Assembly: GCA_963706025.1 (NCBI GenBank)
Contig: CAVPLM010000020.1
Coordinates: 58,293-122,292 of the forward strand
Length of the DNA stretch: 64,000 bases
Reading direction: 5' to 3'
Source of the DNA: an uncultured Actinomycetes bacterium
GTDB lineage: Bacteria > Actinomycetota > Thermoleophilia > RBG-16-64-13
The notes under the pieces are model-generated. The model was not told the DNA's origin. It did no database searches and saw nothing but the letters and a program-made list of their open reading frames with translations. Position numbers and translations under genes: made by a program. Position 1 is the first letter of the stretch. The number at the start of each line of letters is the position of its first letter. Below, piece after piece: positions 1 to 10,299 of the stretch.

Positions 1-2
1 AC

Positions 3-212
3 ATGTACGCCACCACCAGCGGCAACTTCCTGGCGGCCGCTTTCGAGTGCACCCGCGCAACTCTGGGGGTCGAAAGGATCATGCTGGGGACCGACTACCC
101 CTACGAGACCACTCAGGAAAGCGGGGCGTTCCTCGACGGGCTGGGCCTGTCCGAGGGCGAACAGAGCAAGATCTACGAGGAGAACCCGGCCAGATTGGGG
201 TTCACGTTGTGA
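3..212 (+). CDS. amidohydrolase-family metal-dependent hydrolase, C-terminal fragment (5' end outside the window)
   Basis: The frame is open to the window edge. The tail ...RIMLGTDYPYE...NPARL resembles the C-terminal region of amidohydrolase_2 (ACMSD-like) enzymes. GC3 bias is strong in this frame. Confidence 0.55.
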   Translation: MYATTSGNFLAAAFECTRATLGVERIMLGTDYPYETTQESGAFLDGLGLSEGEQSKIYEENPARLGFTL

Positions 213-280
213 GCTGGAGACCACGGGCCTAGGGGCCGGGTGCCCCTGGGATCCGTTGCCGAAGCACAAGGAGGTAGCAG

Positions 281-2122
281 ATGTATACCAAGATCCTCAA
301 ACCCGAGATCATGTCCACCCTGCTCCCCAAAGGCTTCCCGGCCGACAAGCTGAGCAAGCCCCAGTACAAGACGGTCGTGGAGAGAGACGTCATGGTCACC
401 ATGCGCGACGGAGTGCGGGTGGCCTGCGACATCTTCCGCCCCGAGGCGCCGGGGGAGTTTCCGGCGCTCTACGCCACCAGCGCCTACCAGAAAGACCTCG
501 AGTATCTGCCCCAGTGGCCCGTCTATCATTTCCGCGAGACCAACGACATCGAGTGGTTCGTCTCCCGGGGCTACGTCTACGTGCATCAGGACATCAGGGG
601 CAGCGGCAAGTCGGTGGAGGGCGAGTTCCAGCTCTTCAGCCGGGAGGAACAGAACGACCTCTACGACATGGTGGAATGGATCGCGGGTCGGCCCTGGTGT
701 ACCGGTAAGGTGGGGATGATAGGGGAATCGCTGCTCGCGTGGGTGCAGTGGTTCACCGCCGCAATGCAGCCACCTCACCTTTGCTGCATAGCCCCTTTCG
801 ACGCCGGGGCCGACATGTACCGCGACGTGGCCTTCCACGGCGGCATCATGGCCCTGGGCTTCCCCGCCAACTGGTGGACGGCGGAGATCCGGGCCAACTA
901 CCGGCTGGGTAAGTACGGCCCGTCTCCGGACGTGGGTCGCTGGGACCTTCCCTGGAACGTCATCCACCATCCCACCTGCGACGACTTCTGGAAGGTCAGG
1001 AATCCCGACTTCACGAAGATCCAGGTGCCGGTCTACAGCATCGGCATCCTGCACAAAGTGGGCATCCACCTCCGGGGCAACATCCGGGGCTACGAGATGG
1101 TGACGACCCCCAAGAAGCTGCTCCTCTGCCACGGGGACTTCGAGGGCGACGAGATGGCCATCTTCAACTCCCGGGAGATGCAGTTGCTGCACCTGCGCTG
1201 GTACGACCACTGGCTCAAGGGCAACGACACCGGATTCATGGAGGAAGACCCGGTCACGGTGTTCGTGCGCAACCGCGAGGTCTACCGGCCGGAGAAAGAG
1301 TGGCCGCTCCCGCAGACCCGGTACCGGAACCTGTACCTGGCGCCGGGGCCGAGCGGCGCCGTGGGATCGTTGAACGACGGAGCCTTGAGTTGGGCGGCGC
1401 CCACGGCCGCGGCCGCAGGGGGTCCACCCCCGGCTCCGGCCGGCCCTGCAGTCGATGCTGCCGGCAGGCCTCGAACCGCGTGGGCGCCCGAAGACATCAT
1501 GGCCGCCGGAGAGACCAAAGCCACAGTGACCCCCGGCTCGACCAGCTACGACTATCCCGACCCCGACTGGTCGCACTTCTCCGGTCTGGGGACGGCGGTC
1601 ATGGAGGATGGGGTGCCGAACCCGGTGCGAAAGATCCTCACCTTCGCCACCGAGCCCCTTACCGAGGACGTGGAGGTGATCGGCAGCATCGTCCTCAACC
1701 TCTGGGCCTCGTCGGATCAGACCGACACCGACTTCTTCGTGCGCCTGACCGACCAGCTGCCCGATGCCGAGCAGATACCGGGCATGGCTCCGCGAGGCCG
1801 GATGCTGACCCGGGGCTGGCTAAGGGCATCGCACGCCTGCACCAAGGACGAGGCGAAGAGTCTCCCCTATCGGCCCTACTACCGGCACGACGAGCCCAAA
1901 CCCCTCGAGCCGAACGAGATCCACGAGTTCCAGATCGAAGTCTGGGCCACCTCATGCTGCTTTCCGAAGGAGCACCGTATCAGGGTGGATCTGGCCTGCT
2001 ACGACTCGAACGCCTTCGACTTCGGCGGCCACTACTACGGCCTCAAAGTGGGGCGGGATACCATCTACCACGACCAGGACCATCCGTCGCACCTCGTGCT
2101 GCCGGTGATCCCGGAGGGGTAG
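281..2122 (+). CDS. CocE/NonD-family alpha/beta hydrolase (S15 X-Pro dipeptidyl-peptidase-like)
   Basis: 613-aa ORF with AAGGAGG 6 nt upstream of the ATG. The N-terminal ...MRDGVRVACDIFRP... and the nucleophile elbow GMIGESLLAW match the family, as does the C-terminal beta-sandwich part (...FFVRLTD...RVDLACYDS...). An Ala/Pro/Gly-rich insert lies at about 1390-1500. Confidence 0.8.
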   Translation: MYTKILKPEIMSTLLPKGFPADKLSKPQYKTVVERDVMVTMRDGVRVACDIFRPEAPGEFPALYATSAYQKDLEYLPQWPVYHFRETNDIEWFVSRGYVYVHQDIRGSGKSVEGEFQLFSREEQNDLYDMVEWIAGRPWCTGKVGMIGESLLAWVQWFTAAMQPPHLCCIAPFDAGADMYRDVAFHGGIMALGFPANWWTAEIRANYRLGKYGPSPDVGRWDLPWNVIHHPTCDDFWKVRNPDFTKIQVPVYSIGILHKVGIHLRGNIRGYEMVTTPKKLLLCHGDFEGDEMAIFNSREMQLLHLRWYDHWLKGNDTGFMEEDPVTVFVRNREVYRPEKEWPLPQTRYRNLYLAPGPSGAVGSLNDGALSWAAPTAAAAGGPPPAPAGPAVDAAGRPRTAWAPEDIMAAGETKATVTPGSTSYDYPDPDWSHFSGLGTAVMEDGVPNPVRKILTFATEPLTEDVEVIGSIVLNLWASSDQTDTDFFVRLTDQLPDAEQIPGMAPRGRMLTRGWLRASHACTKDEAKSLPYRPYYRHDEPKPLEPNEIHEFQIEVWATSCCFPKEHRIRVDLACYDSNAFDFGGHYYGLKVGRDTIYHDQDHPSHLVLPVIPEG

Positions 2123-2193
2123 CGGTACCGGGGGATCGGGCGGCCGTTCAAGGGCCGACGCCCGCCGGCCGATCCCGTCGGATGGCAGGAGCA

Positions 2194-2226
2194 GGGCCGC
2201 TCGGCGCTTTGAGCGCAGAGCGGCCC
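2194..2226 (+). terminator. GC-rich hairpin downstream of the CocE/NonD-like gene (no U-tract)
   Basis: gggccgctc(g)gcgct-ttg-agcgc(a)gagcggccc gives about 14 bp of pairing, 72 nt after the stop codon. Confidence 0.45.
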
Positions 2227-2296
2227 CAACCACTCAGTGGCCGCCCAAGATCAGCGACTGCAAGAGATGGAAGCGCCCCATCACAGCGAAATAGGC

Positions 2297-2302
2297 TATA
2301 CT
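2297..2302 (+). promoter_or_regulatory. candidate -10 element (TATACT) for the DEAD-box helicase gene, implying a 5' UTR of about 115 nt
   Basis: TATACT sits in a locally AT-richer patch between the terminator hairpin and the helicase RBS (AAGGAG at 2407). No convincing -35 element. Confidence 0.3.
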
Positions 2303-2423
2303 GTCGCAACACTATTACAGACTCGGTTGTCCCCCGCGCTCTTTTCCAAGGAATCGATCGGATCAACTGCGTCTACAACCGCAGTGCATCCATCGAGACG
2401 CACGGCAAGGAGCCAAGAACTAC

Positions 2424-3695
2424 ATGAGTTTTGCTGAACTAGGCCTGGAACCAGGTCTTCTGAAGGCTGTACAGAACCTCGGCTACACCGAACCCACCCC
2501 CATCCAAGAGCAGGCCATCCCCCTTGCCCTCGCTGGCCGCGACCTGCTCGGCTGCGCCCAGACCGGCACGGGCAAGACGGCCGCCTTCATCCTCCCCGCC
2601 CTACAGCTGATGGGCAGCCGGTCGCCCGGCGGCGCAGCGGCAGGTAACGATGGTCGCGCCGGCAGCCCCGGTCGCGACGCCGCCCGCCATCCGTCCATCG
2701 GCACCTTGGTGGTCACTCCCACCCGGGAGCTGGCGGGCCAGATCGAAGAGGTGGCCCGTGAATGCGCCAAGTTCACCGGTCAGCGCACCACCGCAGTCTA
2801 TGGGGGCGTCGGGTACGAGCCTCAGCTCAAGAAGCTGCGCCGTGGCGTCGACCTTCTGGTGGCCACTCCCGGCCGCCTGCTCGACCTGCAGCAGCGCGGA
2901 GATGTCGACCTCTCTCAGGTGGAGATCCTGGTCCTCGACGAGGCCGATCGTATGCTCGACATGGGCTTCTGGCCCGATGTGCGCCGCATCATGAACCTGC
3001 TGCCGGCCAAGCGCCAGAACATGCTGTTCTCTGCCACTCTCAACCGGGACGTGATGCGAGTAGCGGGGCCGACGCTTCACGACCCCGCTCGGGTCGAGGT
3101 GGCCCCTAGCGCAACGACTGTCGATACCGTCACCCAGACGATCTACCCGGTAGCCGAGGTCCAGAAGACCGACCTGCTGGTTAGGCTCCTGGAGAAGCAC
3201 CAGCTCGATCGCGTGCTGGTGTTCACCCGCACTAAGCACCGGGCCGACCGGGTATGCCGCCATCTGGAGCGAAGCCGCATCAAGGGCGCAGCCATCCACT
3301 CCAACCGCACACAATCCCAACGGCAGCGGGCCCTCGACGGCTTCAAGGATGGCACCTATCGGGTGCTGGTGGCCACCGATATCGTGGCCCGGGGCATCGA
3401 CGTCGACCGCATCTCGCATGTGATCAACTACGACCTGCCGGCCGTAGCCCAGGACTACGTGCATCGCATCGGCCGCACGGCCAGGGCGGGCGCATCGGGC
3501 ACCGCCATCAGCTTCCTGGCCGCGGAACAGGCCAACGAGCTGCGGGAGATCGAGGTCATGCTCGGCGAGACCCTGCCCTGCATGGACCTGGACGATTTCG
3601 CCTACATGCAGAGACTGGTCCCCAATCCCGAGCGCACGGCCAAGAAGCCCAAACCCAGGCTGGTCTACAACGGCAGCGCCCGGAGACGGCGGTAG
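2424..3695 (+). CDS. DEAD-box ATP-dependent RNA helicase (RhlE/CshA-like)
   Basis: All core motifs are present: Q motif (...TPIQEQAIP), [12 protein letters not shown], Ia PTRELA, Ib [35 protein letters not shown]. The C-terminal tail is basic. Confidence 0.92.
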   Translation: MSFAELGLEPGLLKAVQNLGYTEPTPIQEQAIPLALAGRDLLGCAQTGTGKTAAFILPALQLMGSRSPGGAAAGNDGRAGSPGRDAARHPSIGTLVVTPTRELAGQIEEVARECAKFTGQRTTAVYGGVGYEPQLKKLRRGVDLLVATPGRLLDLQQRGDVDLSQVEILVLDEADRMLDMGFWPDVRRIMNLLPAKRQNMLFSATLNRDVMRVAGPTLHDPARVEVAPSATTVDTVTQTIYPVAEVQKTDLLVRLLEKHQLDRVLVFTRTKHRADRVCRHLERSRIKGAAIHSNRTQSQRQRALDGFKDGTYRVLVATDIVARGIDVDRISHVINYDLPAVAQDYVHRIGRTARAGASGTAISFLAAEQANELREIEVMLGETLPCMDLDDFAYMQRLVPNPERTAKKPKPRLVYNGSARRRR

Positions 3696-3780
3696 GAGCC
3701 CGGGGGTAGGAGCCCAGCTGTAGCAGCAGCCTGCTGCAGGCCGTTCCGCAACAAGCGCCCCTTGCCAGGAGAGGAACGCT

Positions 3781-4692
3781 CTAGGTGGTCAGGCGCCGCA
3801 AGGCCTCCTGGTATTTCTCCCGCGTCTTCTCGACCACGTCGTCGGGCAGCTCGGGAGCGGGAGCTTCCTTGTTCCACCGGATAGCTTCGAGGTAGTCGCG
3901 CACGAACTGCTTGTCGAAGCTGGCCTGGGGCCGGCCGGGCTCATACGACTCGGCAGGCCAGAACCGGGAAGAATCGGGAGTCAAGACCTCGTCGATCAAG
4001 ATGAGTTCCCCGTCCGCGGCGCTCCCATCATGCACCAGCCCGAACTCGAACTTGGTGTCGGCGATGATGATACCCCGCTCCAAAGCGTGTTCCGCCGCGA
4101 AGCGATAGAGGGCGAGGCTGGTCTCGCGCACTTTCTCGGCGATGTCCCCGCCCACGAGCGAGGCCGCTTGTTCGAACGATATGTTCTCGTCGTGGCCGGA
4201 CTGGGCCTTGGTAGACGGGGTGAAGATCGCCTCCGGCAGCCTGGCGGACTCCTGGAGACCGTCCGGCAGGCGGATACCACACACCGTTCCCAAGTTCTGG
4301 TACTCCTTCCAGCCCGAACCGGAGAGGTATCCGCGCACGATCGCCTCGATGGTCAGGGGTGTGGCGTTACGCACCAGGACCGTCCGCCCTCTCAGTTCCT
4401 CGTAGAACCAATCCAGTTCCGGGTACCATTGCGGGCCCGGGTCGCCGTCGACGATATGGTTGGCGATAAGGTGCTCCGTCTTCCGGAACCAGAAGTTGGA
4501 CATCTGGGTGAGGATCCGGCCCTTGTCCGGCACCGGAGTGGGGAGCACGTGGTCGAAGGCGGAGATGCGATCGCAGGCGACGATGAGCAGGTGCTTTTCG
4601 CTGGGCTTGTAGACATCGCGCACCTTGCCTCGCCTGTAGAGGGGCAGGCCTCGTTCCTGGGATGCGAACATCGCGGTCGGCGTCATGGCCAT
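3781..4692 (-). CDS. purC: phosphoribosylaminoimidazole-succinocarboxamide synthase (SAICAR synthetase)
   Basis: Motifs ...LYRRGKVRDVYK..., ...ADTKFEFG... and ...SFDKQFVRDYL... are present. The annotated 354-aa ORF carries an N-terminal extension of about 51 aa of non-coding character. The true start is ATG 4692 or 4686, directly after GGAGGAGGA. Confidence 0.9.
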   Translation of the reverse strand: MAMTPTAMFASQERGLPLYRRGKVRDVYKPSEKHLLIVACDRISAFDHVLPTPVPDKGRILTQMSNFWFRKTEHLIANHIVDGDPGPQWYPELDWFYEELRGRTVLVRNATPLTIEAIVRGYLSGSGWKEYQNLGTVCGIRLPDGLQESARLPEAIFTPSTKAQSGHDENISFEQAASLVGGDIAEKVRETSLALYRFAAEHALERGIIIADTKFEFGLVHDGSAADGELILIDEVLTPDSSRFWPAESYEPGRPQASFDKQFVRDYLEAIRWNKEAPAPELPDDVVEKTREKYQEALRRLTT

Positions 4693-4756
4693 TCCTCCTC
4701 CAGGCGTACGGCATCGATGGCGGTCATGGTGCCGGCTATTGTAGCCTGGTGTTAGG

Positions 4757-5698
4757 ATGACCGCCATGCACCGCGATGACACCCACCCCGAGGCCACCCC
4801 CGAGAAGCAGGCCGGCGACGAGACCATCGCCGCCCTTCGCGCCAACCGCGACCTCTGGGACGCCTGGACCGAGCTCCACGTCGCCAGCGAGTTCTACGAC
4901 GTGGAGGGCTTCAAGGCCGGCCGGGAGACGCTGGACGCCGTCGAGCTCGAAGGGGTGGGCGACGTGCGCGGGAAGTCACTGCTCCACCTGCAGTGCCACT
5001 TCGGGCTCGACACCCTGTCGTGGGCGCGCCGCGGCGCCCGGGTGACCGGGGTCGACTTCTCAGAAAAGGCGGTCGCTCACGCCCGGCGCCTGGCGCGGGA
5101 GCTGGCCATCGATGCGCGCTTCGTGCAGGCCGACGTCACCGACACTGCCGCTGTGGTCGCGCACCTTGGAAGCGGGCAGTTCGACGTGGTCTTCACCTCG
5201 CACGGGACCATCTCCTGGCTGCCGGACCTCGCTCCCTGGGCCCGTACCGTGGCGCAGACGCTTCGACCGGGCGGCACGTTCTTCATCGCCGATTCGCATC
5301 CCTTCGCCTGGATGTTCGACGAGACCGCCGAACCCGAGCTCCGCTTCCGCTTCCCCTATTTCGACCAGAGGGCGCTCCGCTGGGAGGAGAAGGGCTCGTA
5401 CGCCGTCCCCGACGCCGATCTCGAGAGCGTCTCCTACTCCTGGCAACACACCTTCGAGGAGATCGTAGGCTCGCTGACCGCGGCAGGCCTGTCCATCACG
5501 TCGCTCAGCGAATACCCGTATCTGTTCTGGCGATGGTTCCCGTGGATGGTCAAGGACGATCTGGGAGCCTACCGGCTGCCCGAGGATATTCCGCAGATCC
5601 CGCTCATGTTCTCGTTGACCGCGACCAGAACCGCCGACCCTACAGTGGCTCCCGTTGAGTGCGACGATACGCCGCCCGAGGTCGCTTCGCAGCCATGA
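4757..5698 (+). CDS. class I SAM-dependent methyltransferase
   Basis: SAM-binding motif I context LLHLQCHFGLDTLSWARRGARVTGVDFSEKAV and post-I acidic loop. The stop overlaps the next gene's start (ATGA). Confidence 0.8.
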   Translation: MTAMHRDDTHPEATPEKQAGDETIAALRANRDLWDAWTELHVASEFYDVEGFKAGRETLDAVELEGVGDVRGKSLLHLQCHFGLDTLSWARRGARVTGVDFSEKAVAHARRLARELAIDARFVQADVTDTAAVVAHLGSGQFDVVFTSHGTISWLPDLAPWARTVAQTLRPGGTFFIADSHPFAWMFDETAEPELRFRFPYFDQRALRWEEKGSYAVPDADLESVSYSWQHTFEEIVGSLTAAGLSITSLSEYPYLFWRWFPWMVKDDLGAYRLPEDIPQIPLMFSLTATRTADPTVAPVECDDTPPEVASQP

Positions 5699-6156
5699 CG
5701 ATCGCGATGGCCCAGGGGCACGAGATCGACACCGTGCTGGCGCTCATCGAGGAGTTGCTGGCCGAATTGGGAAGCGAGGGACAAGAATTCGCCCGTATCG
5801 ATCGCGCGAAGCTGCGCGCGGATATCCAGGGGAATCTCGATTCAGGGCGATTCCTGGCTTTCCTGGCCAAGGATGAGAGCGGCACCGCTATCGGAGTCCT
5901 GACCCTCTCGGAGAGCTTCGCCCTTTATGCCGGGGGAGAGTACGGAACGATCGACGAGATGTACGTCCGGCCGGACTACCGGTGTCGCGGTATCGGCGGA
6001 CAGTTGGTCGACGCTGCCGTAGCCGTGGCCCGGGAGAGGAGATGGTTCCGTCTGGACGTCACCGCTCCGGAAGATGAGACCGACGAACGGGCGCTGGGCT
6101 TCTACAAACGCAGGGGGTTCGAGTTCACCGGGCCCAAGCTGCGACTGCTGGTCTGA
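5695..6156 (+). CDS. GNAT-family N-acetyltransferase
   Basis: Motif A region ...YVRPDYRCRGIGGQLVDAAV... and C-terminal ...FYKRRGFE.... The start at ATG 5695 is chosen for its ATGA overlap with the upstream stop. Confidence 0.8.
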   Translation: MTIAMAQGHEIDTVLALIEELLAELGSEGQEFARIDRAKLRADIQGNLDSGRFLAFLAKDESGTAIGVLTLSESFALYAGGEYGTIDEMYVRPDYRCRGIGGQLVDAAVAVARERRWFRLDVTAPEDETDERALGFYKRRGFEFTGPKLRLLV

Positions 6157-6203
6157 CCGGCTGGTGTGGCCGCCTTCCGTCCGGCGCTGCCGGCGACCGA
6201 GCC

Positions 6204-6467
6204 CTATCGTCTTCTCCCGACCCGGGTGGCACTGAGGACCAGGAGCAACACGATGGAGACTCCTATGGCAATGAGGAAGCTCCAGATGCTGAAGTCGTTC
6301 ACCACGCCGCCGTAACCGAGAGCCCGGCCCAGGAGACCGCCCAACAGAGCGCCGACGATACCCACGGCGAGCGTCCAGAACCAGCCGATCCGCCGTCTCG
6401 TCACCCACTTCGCCAGCACGCCCAAGACTATCCCCACCACGATCCACAGTATGAGTGACATGAGCAT
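6204..6467 (-). CDS. GlsB/YeaQ/YmgE-family (transglycosylase-associated) small stress membrane protein
   Basis: 87 aa with three hydrophobic, Gly-rich helices (...IVVGIVLGVLAKWV...GWFWTLAVGIVGALLGGLLG...), typical of the family. Confidence 0.8.
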   Translation of the reverse strand: MLMSLILWIVVGIVLGVLAKWVTRRRIGWFWTLAVGIVGALLGGLLGRALGYGGVVNDFSIWSFLIAIGVSIVLLLVLSATRVGRRR

Positions 6468-6621
6468 TCTCCTTGGAAGCCGTCTGTTGCGGAGTCCGCG
6501 GTCTCAGTAGACCACAAGCTCGGTCAGTTCGCCAGACCGGGCGTCGGATCGCCGCCGATGCTGGAGGCGAACTTGAGTCCCCTACGGACCGTCGGGCCGA
6601 CCAACGGCCGAATGCCGCCCC

Positions 6622-7497
6622 TCAGTCTTTGACGAATTCCACGTGTGTGTAGGCGATACGGAACCCCACCCGCTCCATATTGCGCTGGGACACCCCGCCG
6701 GGCGCAGCCTCGGTGACCGCCAGGTCGCAGCCCGCTGCCTCGGCCAAAAGCAGCCGATGGCGCTGAATGGCCTGTTGGACGCCGCGCCTCCGGTATTGAG
6801 GCAGCGTGGTATCCCCGGACAGCCAGCCCACTCCGCCGTCGATCGTCAGGACTCCGGTCCCGGCAGGAACCCCGTCCACCCAACCCAAGACCAAGACCGC
6901 GTCCTGACGCCCGGACATGATCGCGCCGAACTCCTCGTGACGGCGGTCGGGCGGCTCTTCGCCGGTGAACCCGCGCGCGGCGAGCCGTCCCCATAGCTCG
7001 CGCTCCTCCGGCGCGCACACCCGCACATCCACACCTGTCGGCAGAGGGTGGCGCGCAGATGCTCGCCCGCCAAGCTCCAGCACGAGCACGTGCTCGAACT
7101 CTGAGGCCCGCCAGCCCCGCCGCCCCAGACTCTGGAGTAGCGAGGGGTCGGCCAGCGGGCACATGCTGATCACCGCCTCAGCCCCTCGATCGTGGTAGAA
7201 GGCCTCCACGGCCTCCAACTCCGCCTCCTCCACGGGCCCGGCCATGCCCAGGCCTACCGCCAGATTGACCGGCGAGCCCGCGCCCAGCCACAACGCCACC
7301 CCGCTGCCCACGTCGATGCATTCGGCTGAGACGTCCGGCAAAAGCCCGGGAGCAGACTCGGCCAGACGCCGAAACTCGGCGCAGACGAGGTCCTCCAGGC
7401 GACGAGCCAGGTGGAGGTCGGCGTGGATCATGAGGGGATCCCGCGAAAGACTCGCTCGGTCACAGCTCTCACGGTCGTGGTCACTTTGTCGCTCCAT
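6622..7497 (-). CDS. GNAT-fold acetyltransferase with N-terminal extra domain
   Basis: C-terminal GNAT motif A ...LPQYRRRGVQQAIQRHRL...GVSQRNMERVGF.... The start is taken at ATG 7497 after GAAAGGTG. The ORF track starts 6 nt earlier at a GTG. Confidence 0.65.
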   Translation of the reverse strand: MERQSDHDRESCDRASLSRDPLMIHADLHLARRLEDLVCAEFRRLAESAPGLLPDVSAECIDVGSGVALWLGAGSPVNLAVGLGMAGPVEEAELEAVEAFYHDRGAEAVISMCPLADPSLLQSLGRRGWRASEFEHVLVLELGGRASARHPLPTGVDVRVCAPEERELWGRLAARGFTGEEPPDRRHEEFGAIMSGRQDAVLVLGWVDGVPAGTGVLTIDGGVGWLSGDTTLPQYRRRGVQQAIQRHRLLLAEAAGCDLAVTEAAPGGVSQRNMERVGFRIAYTHVEFVKD

Positions 7498-7635
7498 GAT
7501 CACCTTTCTGTCGTCTTCTCAATGGGAACCCATCGGCGCGAGGAATGCAAGACTTCCCGAGCCGTCTGATAACCTTTGTGCGCAAGGAGCCGGATTGCTC
7601 CTGGGTCCCGCAATCGTGGGGAGAGAGGGAGGTTC

Positions 7636-10192
7636 GTGAACGCTGCCCCGCCGCCGCTGGGTGACGAAGTAGAGGTCAGCATCGTCCCGCCGGTGAGCGG
7701 CCTCGACATCCGCCGAGGTCCGCGAGCGTGTCGCCGCCGGCCGGACGAACGTCACGCCGCGCCCGGGCGGGCGAACCACGTGGGACATCATCCGCACCAA
7801 TACGCTCACGTACTTCAACCTGATCCTGGGCGTGTTGTTCGTCTTCATGATCATCTTCGGCTCGTGGCGTGATGCCCTGTTCGGCGCCATCATCGTGATC
7901 AACTCCTCTATCGGGATCTTCCAGGAGATGCGGGCCAAGCTCGCCCTGGACAGGCTGCACGTGTTGACAGCACCTGCCGCCCGAGTGATACGGGACGGCG
8001 ACGAGCAGGAGATCCCCGTGAGCGAGGTGGTGCTCGACGACGTTCTCCGCGTCACGGCCGGCGATCAGATCGTGGCGGATGGCGACACCCTGGAATCACT
8101 CAGTCTGGAGGTGGACGAGTCCCTGCTCACCGGGGAGTCCGTACCCGTGCTCAAGGAACCGGGGGACCCTCTGCTCTCGGGTAGTTTCGTGGTGGCGGGG
8201 AGTGGGCTGTTCCGCACCACCGCGGTGGGTGCGGACGCCTACGCCCAGCGGCTGACGGGCGAGGGCAAGCGTTACGTCCGCCTCCGCTCCGACCTGATGA
8301 CCGGAATCAACAACATCCTGCGCGTCATCGGGATAGGGATCATTCCCGTCGGGGCTCTTCTGATCTGGGCTCAGTTCCGCATGGGCGTGAGCATGGAGCA
8401 CGGAGTGACCAATACGGTGGCCGCCCTCGTGGCAATGATCCCTCAAGGACTGGTCCTGCTCACAAGCATCGCCTTCGCTGTATCGGCCATCACTTTGGCG
8501 CGCCGGAATGTACTCACCCGGGAGTTGCCGGCGGTGGAGGGTCTTGCCCGGGTGGATGTACTGTGCATCGACAAGACGGGGACCATAACCGAGCCCCTTC
8601 CCGCGTTCGATCGTTTCGAGCGGCTTGATGCCGGCGGACGGTCGGCACCCTCAGCAGCGGCGACCTCGGGCGCGGCGGCCGAGGAGGGGGCCGTACCGGG
8701 CGCCGCGGCCGGCGGCGCGGCGGTCGGCGGCGCGGCGGCCGGCGGCGCGGCGCCCCCCGACTCTCCAGACGACGACCCGGGGCGGGATGCCCTGGCCCTT
8801 GAGGTCCTGGGTATGCTGGCAGCCACCGCCTCCAGCCACAACTCCACCCTGGATGCCATTGCCGCGTCCCTGCCCGCCCCTCTTGGCTGGACCGTCGAGG
8901 ACTCGGTGCCTTTCTCCTCGGCACGCAAGTGGAGCGCCGCTCGCGTGAGCGGCCGAGGCTCCTGGGTGCTGGGCGCCCCGGAGATCGTGGCGGCGGACGG
9001 CCTACCGGCCGCCGCCCAAGCTCGAGCACGAGCCGGGGACCTGGCCAAAGACGGTCTGCGCGTGCTCTTGCTCGCCCACACCGACGCGCCTCTGAGCGGC
9101 GATGATCTACCCGATCGCCTGGCCCCGGTAGGATTGGTCATTCTCACCGAGCGAATCCGTTCCGACGCGCCCCAGACTCTCCGGTACTTCCAGGAACAGG
9201 GGGTGGAGATCAAGGTCATCTCCGGCGACAACCCGGCTACCGTGGCTACTGTCGCCGCCAGGGCCGGGGTGCCGGGGTCCGAACGGGCGATCGATTCCCG
9301 CCATCTGCCGGAGGGAGAGGCCCTGGCCGAGTTGATGGAGTCCAACACCGTATTCGGCCGGGTCAATCCCGATCAGAAATGCGCCATGGTGGAGGCCCTC
9401 CAGCGACGGGGACACACCGTGGCCATGACCGGTGACGGCGCCAACGATGTGCTCGCTCTCAAGCAGGCCGACATGGGTATCGCCATGGGCACCGGTACGG
9501 CAGCCGCCCGGGCGATCTCCCAGCTTGTGTTGGTGGATTCGCGCTTCTCCACCTTGCCCGGGGTGATGGCAGAGGGCCGCCGGGTGACGGCCAACATCGA
9601 ACGCGTGGCCAACCTGTTCACCACCAAGAGCGTCTGGGCAGCCGCCCTGGCCATCTCGATCGCCGTCCTGGCCGTGTCGTATCCCATTCTCCCCCGCCAC
9701 CTGAGTCTTATCGACGCCCTGGTCATAGGCATACCAGGGTTCTTCCTCGCCCTAGCCCCCAACCCCCGCCGCTTTGTACCCGGATTCGTCTACCGGGTGG
9801 CGCGCTTCGTGATCCCCACCGGGCTGCTTGCAGCCATCACCGTCCTGGCCTCGTACCTGCTCATCCGGGCTGTGGGTGCGTCAGTGGAGGAGGCCCGCAC
9901 CATGGAGACCGTGGTCTTTTGCGTCATAGGCCTTCGGGTCATCGCCGTCATCGAGCGGCCTATCCGCGGATGGCGCCTGTGGCTTCTGCTGGCCATGGTC
10001 GCCCTACTGGCCATGGCCTTCTCCATCCCCTTCTCTCGGGAGTTCCTGGCCCTCGATATGCCCAGCTGGTCGGTCATCGGGGTCACGTGCGCAACCTGTA
10101 TCTTCGCCTGGTTCTTCGTGGGCCTGGGCTGGCGGATCGGACAACGGCTTCCGTTCTGGCAAGAGGCGGCCCGGCGGGCAGAGGGCGCCTGA
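7636..10192 (+). CDS. cation-transporting P-type ATPase (HAD-IC type), N-terminal segment separated by a 1-nt frameshift
   Basis: The intact ORF 7832-10192 has TM4 ...IPQGLV..., the phosphorylation site CIDKTGTIT and the hinge MTGDGANDVLALKQADMGIAMG. The conserved N-terminus is split: GTG 7636 (after GGGAGG) reads ...VSGL in one frame and ...TSAEVRERVAAGRTNVTPRPGGRTTWDIIRTNTLTYFNLILG follows in the ORF's frame after an in-frame TGA at 7694. The shift lies at about 7704. Confidence 0.85.
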
Positions 10193-10265
10193 CACCGAGG
10201 CCCCCCGACCGATTTCGGCCGACCGCGCCACCGCTCCCGATCTCGCACCCTCTGTTGTCCGAGCA

Positions 10266-10292
10266 TTGACCGACTCGCGGACGGGGTATGTA
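10266..10292 (+). promoter_or_regulatory. candidate promoter (TTGACC-15 nt-TATGTA) giving a leaderless MFS mRNA
   Basis: The -10-like hexamer ends 7 nt before ATG 10300 and there is no RBS between them. The spacer is short at 15 nt, so this is tentative. Confidence 0.3.
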
Positions 10293-10299
10293 GCGACAC

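Noticed and set aside
1380-1520. Compensating frameshifts inside the CocE/NonD-like gene's Ala/Pro-rich insert
   Set aside because: One alternative frame is closed by a stop (cct TGA near 1383). The other gives only Arg/Gly-rich text. The annotated frame keeps acceptable GC3, so it is treated as a genuine low-complexity insertion, unverified.
173-1576. 467-aa ORF antisense to the CocE/NonD-like gene
   Set aside because: Typical high-GC shadow ORF. The translation is Arg/Gly/Pro/His-rich and GC3 bias is on the opposite strand. It fully overlaps a gene with clear family motifs.
8700-8760. Possible CRISPR-like or other interspersed repeat arrays (also 34988-35041, 45691-45762, 54776-54850)
   Set aside because: All are contiguous tandem repeats of 15-20 bp without spacers. 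They are mostly in frame inside coding sequence. No cas genes are present.
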